A stretch of DNA of 64,000 bases from an uncultured Sphingomonadales bacterium (GTDB lineage: Bacteria; Pseudomonadota; Alphaproteobacteria; Sphingomonadales; Rhodothalassiaceae): positions 11,634-75,633 of the forward strand of contig CAZAEP010000001.1 of the NCBI GenBank assembly GCA_964484045.1. The letters run 5' to 3'. Position 1 is the stretch's first letter, and each line of letters starts with the position of its first letter. A model generated the notes under the pieces. It was not told the DNA's origin. It was given only the letters and a program-made list of their open reading frames with translations, and made no database searches. Shown here piece by piece: positions 17,756-25,452 of this stretch. The position numbers and the translations under genes were made by a program.

Positions 17756-20700
17756 CTAGAAGCGGAACCCCAGCCGCACATAGGCCATGCGTCCGCGCGG
17801 ATCATGGGTCCGGCTTTCAAACCCGCCGTCGGTGTTCACGAAGGGCGGCTTGTTGTTGAAGAGGTTGATGCTGCCCACCGTCAGCACCATGCCCTCGAGC
17901 GCGCCCGTTTCGCCGAAGCTGTAGCTGTACTGCACATCGACCGTCGTATGGCTCTTGATCTTGGCGAAGTCGAGCCCGTCGGGGCAGGTGAGAAACACCG
18001 GATCGGAGCCCACGAAGTCGGAGAAAGCGGGACCGCCGCCGCAATTCTGGTCGTCCTTGAAGCTGTCGATATAGCGCAGGAAGGTCACGAACCGGTGGCC
18101 GCCTTTCGCGTAGCCCAGATTGGCGTTGAAGCGGATGCGCGGCAGGGGCGCCGTGAAGTTCTGCGAATTGCGGAAACCGACGACGTCGATGATCGCGCCC
18201 CCCGGTCCCACCGGCGCCTTGTAGCTGTTGACATAGGTGCCCTCGATGCCGGTGCGGAAGGTTCCGATATCGGTATCGAACTCGTATTTGACGGAAGCGT
18301 CGAAGCCGTTGGTCTTGATCCCCGCCGCATTGACGAACTGCGACTGCACGAAGGCGAGACCGCCGGTCGGCCCGAGCTTGACGATACCGTTGGCGATCAG
18401 GCCCGGATCGAAATTCGGGTCGGTCGGGATCAGCGCCCGGCGCGCCACCTCTTCCGGCTGCTGACGGATGATGATGTCGTTGAAATCGAACTGCCACCAG
18501 TCGAAATTGAGCTCGAGGCCGGCCGTCGGCGTTGCCGTGAAGCCAAGATTGAACGCCGTCGAATCCTCGGGCTGCAGGTCCTCATTGCCGATCGTGCGAA
18601 TGGGAATGAAGGGCTGCGCCGTCGGGTTGCGCGGATCGATGACCGAATTGAGCGTCGTCTGATTGCCGAACTGCTGGAACACCGAGGGCGCCCGGAAGGC
18701 GGTGCTGAAGGACCCGCGAAGCGACAGCCAGTCGGTGGGCCGGAACAGCGCCGCCACCTTGGGGTCGACGGTGTCGCCCGTCATCCCCCCATAGTTCTCG
18801 TAGCGCACCGCGGCCGAGACCTCGAGAGTCTCGAGCAACGGAATCCGCGTCTCGGCGAACAGCGCGACGACGTCGCGGCTGGCGTTGAAATCGAAGATCG
18901 GCTCGCTGATGAAAAGGAAATTGCCGCGGTTCGTGTCGTCGTCGAAGTCGTGGCGCAGCGCCTCGTCGCGATACTGGAAGCCGAAGGCGATGCTCAGGGG
19001 GCCCGCCGGCAGGTCGAAGACATCGCCGGCCATCACCGCGTCGACGACCGTGAGATCGCTCTGGCCGTCGAGCGTCAGCTCGCCGATGATGAAGTCGAGC
19101 ACCTCGGCACTGTTGACCAGCGGCACGGTGACCGGATTGCCCTGTCCGTCGGTCAGCGGCGCACCGCTGAGGTCGAAGACCGGCACGCGGGCCGCGGGGT
19201 CGCCGATCACCCCGGTGGCGAAGGGATTGTAGAAGAGGCACCCCCCGACGCCCGGCGTGCCCGTCGCCGGGTCGCAGTCGGTGCCGCCGAGACCCATGAG
19301 CGCGAGGTTGGTCTCGTCGGCGAGCCCGTCGCTGACCCGGAAGCCGTAATTGTTGATCGCCCGCGTGTAGCTGACGTCATAATACCAGGTCTCGCCGAGG
19401 TCGCCCTTCAGTCCCGCCACGATGCGGAAGGTGTCGTGCTTGATGTTGCTCGGATTGGGATTGTCGGTGAAGAAGTCGTTGATCTGTCCGGCGGCGGGGC
19501 TGCGGCCGATGAAGAGCGTCGCCGCGCCGGTAAAGGGATTGAACGGGTTGTTGGGCAGGAGCGGGATCGGCGTCACGATCGGAAAGTTCGAATTGCCCCT
19601 GACCGCACGATTGCGCGCGAAGGCGAACTCGCCATAGAAGGTCGCCGCCTTTCCGAGCTCGTGCGTGAAGCTGGCATAGCCCTGAAAACGGGTCTCGTCG
19701 GGCACGAAGTTGAAGAAGCGGCCGAAATCGAACTGGCAGGCGCCGACGGTGACCGGCTGACCGGTGATCGGGTCGGGAACCTGGCTCGTTCCGGGCACGA
19801 CATCGTCGTCGATCGCGGCCACCGCATCGCAGTTCGGATCGGGAATGAGCAGCGTGCCGAATCCGGCGCCGCCTTGGGCCGCGATCAGATCGGCGAAGGC
19901 CTGCCCGAGCGCCGCCTGCTGCGCCGGCGACAGGGTCAGGGGGTTGAAGCCGGCCAGCGACGGGCTGATGAGCTCCGGCGCGAGGACCAGCAACTGCGGC
20001 AGCACGGTCCCGGTGAAGCTGTCCTGGATGCTGTCCGCGGGGGCGAGGATCGAGGCCGGATTGTTGGGGTCGAGGATGGCATTCGTCTGCTGCTGGAAGC
20101 CGGCGAAGGAGCCGACGAGGAAACCGCCCATGCCGTCGGGGATCACCGGTGTGCCCGCGACCGGGCCGACGCCGGGAAAGTTGAACAGCGGCACCGCATT
20201 GTCGAAGCCCGCATTGAAAAGATTGGCGAGCGGCCCGAGCGCCGGATTGAGCGCCGCATTGGGGGCGGTCAGCGGAATGAAATTGCCCGGAAAGCTGGTC
20301 ACAGACGAGATGCTGAGCCCCCCCGGCCCCCGGAATCCGTCCGGTCGAAGATCACGCTCGCGGGTGGTCAGCGGCGAGCGGTCGAGATAGCTCGCGGCGA
20401 CCGTCATATGCGTCCGGTCGTTGCCGCCGCCCCACAGCGCCTGGGCCTTGAAATCATTCTGGCTGTGGTTGGTGTTGCCCTGCCATTCGGCCTGCAGTTC
20501 GAGGCCCTCGAAATTCTTGCGGGTGATGAAATTGACCACGCCGGCGACGGCGTCGGAACCGTAGATCGCGGACGCGCCGTCCTTGAGCACCTCCACCCGC
20601 TCGAGCGCGATCATCGGAATCAGCGAGGCGGTGTCGACGAACAGCAGGCCGTCGTCCGTCGGCGCCGCCGAGGTCACCTGCCGCCGGCCGTCGAGAAGGA

Positions 20701-21052
20701 CGAGGGTCGAGGCGAGACCGAGGCCGCGCAGATTGATCGACTCGGTGCCGGTGGTCAGATTCTGCGTAAAGGCGTCCGGATTGTTCTGCGCCCCGTTGTT
20801 GGTGGTCAGCGTCTGCGTGATGTCGGCAATGTCGGCGGCGCCGATCTCGAGCACGTCCTCACGTCCGATGACCGAAATCGGCGACGGCTTGTCGGCCTGC
20901 CGGACGGTGCGGATGTAGCTGCCCGTGACGACGATCTCCTCGAGCTCTCCTTCGGTCGTCTGCGCCTGCTGTGCCTGCGCCTGTCCGGCCACGGCGACCG
21001 AGATCGCCAGCGCCGCGGTTCCGGCATGAAATAAGAACCTCCTCGACATCAC
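17756..21052 (-). CDS. TonB-dependent outer-membrane receptor (large, about 1100 aa)
   Basis: It has a signal peptide ending in AGQAQA. The plug starts at EEIVVTGSYIR and includes INLRGLGLASTLVLLDGRR. The C-terminus is AYVRLGFRF with a terminal Phe. AAGGAGG lies upstream of GTG 21052 / ATG 21049. Confidence 0.9.
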   Translation of the reverse strand: MMSRRFLFHAGTAALAISVAVAGQAQAQQAQTTEGELEEIVVTGSYIRTVRQADKPSPISVIGREDVLEIGAADIADITQTLTTNNGAQNNPDAFTQNLTTGTESINLRGLGLASTLVLLDGRRQVTSAAPTDDGLLFVDTASLIPMIALERVEVLKDGASAIYGSDAVAGVVNFITRKNFEGLELQAEWQGNTNHSQNDFKAQALWGGGNDRTHMTVAASYLDRSPLTTRERDLRPDGFRGPGGLSISSVTSFPGNFIPLTAPNAALNPALGPLANLFNAGFDNAVPLFNFPGVGPVAGTPVIPDGMGGFLVGSFAGFQQQTNAILDPNNPASILAPADSIQDSFTGTVLPQLLVLAPELISPSLAGFNPLTLSPAQQAALGQAFADLIAAQGGAGFGTLLIPDPNCDAVAAIDDDVVPGTSQVPDPITGQPVTVGACQFDFGRFFNFVPDETRFQGYASFTHELGKAATFYGEFAFARNRAVRGNSNFPIVTPIPLLPNNPFNPFTGAATLFIGRSPAAGQINDFFTDNPNPSNIKHDTFRIVAGLKGDLGETWYYDVSYTRAINNYGFRVSDGLADETNLALMGLGGTDCDPATGTPGVGGCLFYNPFATGVIGDPAARVPVFDLSGAPLTDGQGNPVTVPLVNSAEVLDFIIGELTLDGQSDLTVVDAVMAGDVFDLPAGPLSIAFGFQYRDEALRHDFDDDTNRGNFLFISEPIFDFNASRDVVALFAETRIPLLETLEVSAAVRYENYGGMTGDTVDPKVAALFRPTDWLSLRGSFSTAFRAPSVFQQFGNQTTLNSVIDPRNPTAQPFIPIRTIGNEDLQPEDSTAFNLGFTATPTAGLELNFDWWQFDFNDIIIRQQPEEVARRALIPTDPNFDPGLIANGIVKLGPTGGLAFVQSQFVNAAGIKTNGFDASVKYEFDTDIGTFRTGIEGTYVNSYKAPVGPGGAIIDVVGFRNSQNFTAPLPRIRFNANLGYAKGGHRFVTFLRYIDSFKDDQNCGGGPAFSDFVGSDPVFLTCPDGLDFAKIKSHTTVDVQYSYSFGETGALEGMVLTVGSINLFNNKPPFVNTDGGFESRTHDPRGRMAYVRLGFRF

Positions 21053-21184
21053 TCTTCCCCTCCTTGCCCCGGGCGAATACGCCCTTTGACCACGCCCGCC
21101 GGCCCCGTCGCATTCTCCCGTCGATGGTGGCCGGCCGGAAAGCCGCGACGGCGGCGCACATCCGGCCCCGCCGCCTGGTTTCTC

Positions 21185-24181
21185 CTAGAATCCGATATTG
21201 AGCCGCACATAGGCGAGCCGCCCTCTCGGGTCGTGCACCCGCGCCTCGAAGCCGCTGTTGGTGTTCACGAAGGGCGGTTTCTCATCGGTCAGATTGATGA
21301 TGCCCGTCGTCAGGGTGACATGGTCCGTGGCGGCCAGGCCGAACGTCTCGCCCAGTTCGACGCTGTACTGAATGTCGAAGGTGAGCTGGGCATCGACGCG
21401 ACCGTTCTCCTCGAAGCCGTTGCCCGTCGGGCTGATCTGATCGTCATCGAAGCTGTCGATGAAGCGCGCGACGGCAAGGACGCTGTGCGCCCCCTTGTTC
21501 CAGGTGACGCCGGCATTGAAGCGCAGGGGCGGCGTGGGATCGCCGATATTGCGGAAATTGCGGCTGCCCTTGCCGTTGATCTTGATGCCGAGCGTCGGGT
21601 CCTCGACCGTGTAGCCGATGATCAGCGTGCCCTCGAAATAGGGGCGGAAGACGCCGATATCGGTCTCCTTGGTGTACACCGCCTTGAAGTCGATGCCGTC
21701 GGTCTTGATCGAGGGGGCGTTGACGAACTGCACATTGACCTGCGTCAGGAGCGGCACGCCGGTGGCGCGGAAGAAGCGCGCGGGATTGAAGAGCGCCGCC
21801 GGATTGCCGGTGGTGCGGAAGATCTCGCCCGCGGCGTCGAGCAGGGCCTGCGCGTTCTCCTTGACGATCACATCCCTGAAATGGAAGTTCCAGTAATCGG
21901 CCTCGATCGTCAGCTCCGGCGAGACCTCATAGGTGAAGCCGACATTGAACTGATCCGATTCCTCGGGCTTCAGATTCGCGTTGCCGAGCGTGAAGCCGCC
22001 GACAAAACCGGTGTTGCCGAGAAACGGGTCGTTGACCTGCAGCAGCGTCACGCCGCCGGCGCTGCGCTGCTGGAAGATCGAGGGCGCGCGGAACGAGGTG
22101 CTGTAGGAGCTGCGGATCTGCAGCCCGTCCATCACGTGCATCGCGCTCGAAATCTTCGGATCGAGCGTCGACTTGATGTTCTGCGTGTTCTCGAAACGCC
22201 CGGCGGCGGTGATGTCCCACCAGGTCGCGACCGGAAAGGAGACCTCGACGAAGCCGGCCCAGGTGTCGCGACTGTCGGCGAAATCCCCGACCTTGGTTCC
22301 CGCGCCGCTGAGGAAGAGGAAATTGCCGCTGTTGAGATTCTCGTCGGCATCGAGAGAGAAGCCCTCATGACGGAACTGCCCGCCCAGAGCGACCCCGATG
22401 GGCCCGCCGGGCAAGCTGAAGCTGTCGCCGAGATCGCCCGACAGGATGGCGTCCACCGTCCACAGGCGCGACCGGAGGTCCTGCCGCGAGAAGGCGAGGA
22501 AATCGTCGATGACCTCCTGCGAGTTCGCCACCGGTACGGGCAGGCCGGTCACCGGGTCGATGACCGTATCCCCGGGCGATGCCGTGTTGGCCGAGCCGAA
22601 GGGATTGAAGAACAGGCAGTCGCCCTGGCCGCGCACGGCGCCAACGCCGCCGAGCGGGCAGTTCGGGCCGCCGAAGCCGTTGAGCGCCGCGAAGAAGCGG
22701 TCGGCCAGGGTGTCGCGGGCGATGACCGAAAAGTCGTTCGAGCCGCGCATGATCGAGAAATCATATGTCCAGCGGGACGACAGGTCGCCGCGCAGGCCGG
22801 CGACGCCGCGGAAGGTGTCCGAATTGTGCCGGCTCTGCGGGAAGGGGCCGAAGCCGATCGGACGGATGAGGCCGAAGAGATCGACATTGAAGGGGTTGAA
22901 CGGATTGGGCGGCGCGCCAATGAGGCTGTTCGCCGCCGGGCCGCCGAAGACATTGGTGTTCAGGATCGGGAAGGTCGGCGAATTGTTGCGCCGCGTGCGG
23001 TTGCGGGCGAAGCCGAACTCGCCGTAGAACTCCATCGCATCGAAGAGCTGATAGGTGACGTTCGCATAGCCCTGCAGGCGGGTCGATTCGGGCACCAGAT
23101 TGAAGGCGTCGCCGAAATCGAGGATGCACACCTGCAATCCGGTCGGAGTGGTGGCGGCCAGCGAATTCGAGAACGGCCCGTCGGCAACCGGCGTCTTGGG
23201 GCAGTCCGGATCGCGCACGCCGGCCGAATCCGGCGACATGCCGAGCGCGAGCTTGTCGATGCCGGCGTCGATCGCCGACGCCGCGCCCGGCGAGCTCAGG
23301 ATGGCGCCGAGCTGCTGCGGCACGGCCGACGGCGGCAACTGACCGCTCTGCAGGAGAAGCAGGAAGGCCGGAACGAAGGTCCCGGGCTGACCGATGGCGC
23401 TGACATCGGGGCCGAATTTGGGGCTCAGGCGCCGCTCCTGCGTGGTCAGCGGGGTGCGGTCGAGATAGCTGATCGCCATGATCGCATGGCCGCGGTCATC
23501 GTCGAAGCTCGTGCCGGCGATGCCCTCGACGCGGACATCCGAGGAGCTTCCCTGGTCGGTGACCGCCTTGAACTCGCCTTCGAGCTCGAGGCCCTCGAAA
23601 CGGTTGCGGGTGATGAAATTGACGACGCCGGCGACGGCGTCGGAACCATAGAGCGCGGCCGCCCCGTCCTTCACGATCTCGAGCCGCCCGATGGCGATCG
23701 AGGGGACGAGAGAGGCCGTATCGACGAAGAGCACGCCGTCGTCGGTCGGCGTTCCGGCGACGACCTGACGCTTGCCGTTCAGGAGAACGAGGGTCGACGC
23801 CACGCCGAGGCCGCGCAAATTGAAATTCTCGGTTCCGGTCGTCAGATTCTGGGTGAACGCATCGGGATTGTTCTGCGAGCCCGTATTGAAGGTCAGTGTC
23901 TGGATGAGATCGGCAACGGTGGTCGCTCCCGCCTGCGCCATGTCGTCGCGTCCGATCACCGCGATCGGCGCCCCCACGCCGGCCTCGGTGCGACGGCGGA
24001 TATAGGAGCCGGTGACCACCACCTCCTCGATGACCTGGCCCTCGGCACCCTGTTGCGCGCTCGCGGCCGGGCCGGCCGGCTGCTGCGCCGACGCCGGGGC
24101 GCTCATGCCCGCGCCGATCATCGCCATTGCGCCGAGCAGGGTGGATCCCATCAGCAGGCGCTTTGTCGGGGTCTCTGTCAT
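21185..24181 (-). CDS. TonB-dependent outer-membrane receptor, paralogue of the downstream gene
   Basis: ATG 24181 sits 6 nt after GGGAGG. It has a signal peptide, the plug motifs EEVVVTGSYIRR and FNLRGLGVASTLVLLNGKRQ, and the C-terminus AYVRLNIGF. It is colinear with 17756..21052. Confidence 0.9.
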   Translation of the reverse strand: MTETPTKRLLMGSTLLGAMAMIGAGMSAPASAQQPAGPAASAQQGAEGQVIEEVVVTGSYIRRRTEAGVGAPIAVIGRDDMAQAGATTVADLIQTLTFNTGSQNNPDAFTQNLTTGTENFNLRGLGVASTLVLLNGKRQVVAGTPTDDGVLFVDTASLVPSIAIGRLEIVKDGAAALYGSDAVAGVVNFITRNRFEGLELEGEFKAVTDQGSSSDVRVEGIAGTSFDDDRGHAIMAISYLDRTPLTTQERRLSPKFGPDVSAIGQPGTFVPAFLLLLQSGQLPPSAVPQQLGAILSSPGAASAIDAGIDKLALGMSPDSAGVRDPDCPKTPVADGPFSNSLAATTPTGLQVCILDFGDAFNLVPESTRLQGYANVTYQLFDAMEFYGEFGFARNRTRRNNSPTFPILNTNVFGGPAANSLIGAPPNPFNPFNVDLFGLIRPIGFGPFPQSRHNSDTFRGVAGLRGDLSSRWTYDFSIMRGSNDFSVIARDTLADRFFAALNGFGGPNCPLGGVGAVRGQGDCLFFNPFGSANTASPGDTVIDPVTGLPVPVANSQEVIDDFLAFSRQDLRSRLWTVDAILSGDLGDSFSLPGGPIGVALGGQFRHEGFSLDADENLNSGNFLFLSGAGTKVGDFADSRDTWAGFVEVSFPVATWWDITAAGRFENTQNIKSTLDPKISSAMHVMDGLQIRSSYSTSFRAPSIFQQRSAGGVTLLQVNDPFLGNTGFVGGFTLGNANLKPEESDQFNVGFTYEVSPELTIEADYWNFHFRDVIVKENAQALLDAAGEIFRTTGNPAALFNPARFFRATGVPLLTQVNVQFVNAPSIKTDGIDFKAVYTKETDIGVFRPYFEGTLIIGYTVEDPTLGIKINGKGSRNFRNIGDPTPPLRFNAGVTWNKGAHSVLAVARFIDSFDDDQISPTGNGFEENGRVDAQLTFDIQYSVELGETFGLAATDHVTLTTGIINLTDEKPPFVNTNSGFEARVHDPRGRLAYVRLNIGF

Positions 24182-24264
24182 CGATGTCCTCCCTGGAGCC
24201 TTATGTTGCGACCGGCGTCGCAGCCCTGTTTTTTCGCGGCCTCCCTTAAGGCCATGCAAGTCCA

Positions 24265-24293
24265 ATTATATACGTGATCCTGCGGACAAGCGA
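24265..24293 (-). promoter_or_regulatory. Candidate promoter for the upstream TonB-dependent receptor gene
   Basis: On the minus strand there is a perfect TATAAT (24265..24270), with a weak TTCGCT 18 nt upstream. It lies about 85 nt before ATG 24181, in the only AT-rich patch of the divergent region. Confidence 0.3.
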
Positions 24294-24438
24294 AATGCCC
24301 ATCGTGCGAAACACTAGCCCGGAGCCGCAGCCGTTGTCCCACGGCAACACCTACCGGAATCGGCATGTCGCGAAAAGATCGTCGTCCGCCGCTTGATGAG
24401 CGAACGCGAAAACGAGCCCGGAGCCAGGGAGACGCGGG

Positions 24439-25212
24439 ATGACAGGAGAGCGCGAGGGACGACTTTCCGGCAAGGTGGCGCTCGTCACCGGCGCGGCGTC
24501 GGGCCTGGGGCGCGCCACGGCGATCCTCTTCGCCCGGGAGGGCGCGCGCGTGGCCTGCAGCGACATCGACCTTGCAGGTGCGCGGAACACCGCAGAAACC
24601 TGCGGCTCCGACGCCATCGCCCTCGCCCAGGACGTCACCGACGAGGCCCGCTGGCGTGCCGTCATCGCCGATGTGGAGACCCGTCTCGGCGCCCTTCACA
24701 TCCTCGTCAACAATGCCGGCATCGGCCTTCCGGGGTCGATCGAGTCGACCCCGAGCGAGGACTGGCGGCGGGTTCATGCGGTCGATCTGGACAGCGTCTT
24801 CTACGGCTGCCGGGCGGTGCTCGGCGCCATGCGCCGTGCCGGAACGGGCGCCATCGTCAATGTCAGCTCGATCGCCGGCATCGTCGCCGACGGAAATCTC
24901 GCCGCCTATTGCTCGGCCAAGGCCGCGGTGCGCCATCTGACCAAGTCGGTGGCGCTTCATTGCGCCCGCAATCGCGACCCGATTCGCTGCAACTCGGTCC
25001 ATCCCGCCTTCATCGACACGCCCCTGCTCGACGCCGCGATTCCCCATCTGTCGCGGGAGGAGCTCCTCGCGCGGCTCGCCGCGGGCAACCCCATGGGGTG
25101 CGTCGGCGAGCCGGACGATGTCGCCCATGCCATCCTCTACCTCGCCAGCGACGAGGCGAAATTCGTGACCGGCGCGGAACTTGTCATCGACGGCGGGCTG
25201 AGCGCGCAGTAA
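24439..25212 (+). CDS. Short-chain dehydrogenase/reductase (SDR)
   Basis: 257 aa. It has the cofactor motif [10 protein letters not shown], the NNAG motif, and the catalytic YCSAKAA (YxxxK). Confidence 0.9.
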   Translation: MTGEREGRLSGKVALVTGAASGLGRATAILFAREGARVACSDIDLAGARNTAETCGSDAIALAQDVTDEARWRAVIADVETRLGALHILVNNAGIGLPGSIESTPSEDWRRVHAVDLDSVFYGCRAVLGAMRRAGTGAIVNVSSIAGIVADGNLAAYCSAKAAVRHLTKSVALHCARNRDPIRCNSVHPAFIDTPLLDAAIPHLSREELLARLAAGNPMGCVGEPDDVAHAILYLASDEAKFVTGAELVIDGGLSAQ

Positions 25213-25452
25213 AGAGCGGCGATTCATTAACCATATTCGTCCGGAAACGGCCGCGCAACACCCGCTTTTATTGCAATCCGCTCACGAAAGCGTGCGATGA
25301 TCATGGTTGATCCTGTGTTAGGTTTTTCCCTCGCGGGGTGGCATTCCGGGCCGTGACCGACCGCAGACGGCGGCGCAGCGGGCGCAGCGTCTGCGGCCGA
25401 CATGGACGGGGGTCATGTCGCTGTTTGCCAACCTGATCAAAGGGGGGATTGC

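Noticed and set aside
17582-24277. Two very long plus-strand ORFs (17582..21034, 1150 aa; 21086..24277, 1063 aa) that might look like giant novel proteins
   Set aside because: They are exact antisense shadows of the two TonB-dependent receptor genes. Their translations are R/G/A/D/E/V low-complexity with no motifs. The minus-strand frames show signal peptides, plug motifs and terminal-Phe barrels. This is a typical high-GC artefact.
24182-24438. Possible riboswitch (cobalamin, TPP or similar) in the leader of the upstream TonB-dependent receptor
   Set aside because: I read both strands. I found no B12-box-like GCCACTG core or other riboswitch consensus that I recognise. I saw only an 11-bp direct repeat AGCCCGGAGCC (24316..24326 and 24415..24425) of uncertain meaning. 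A covariance-model scan (Rfam/Infernal) would be the decisive test.
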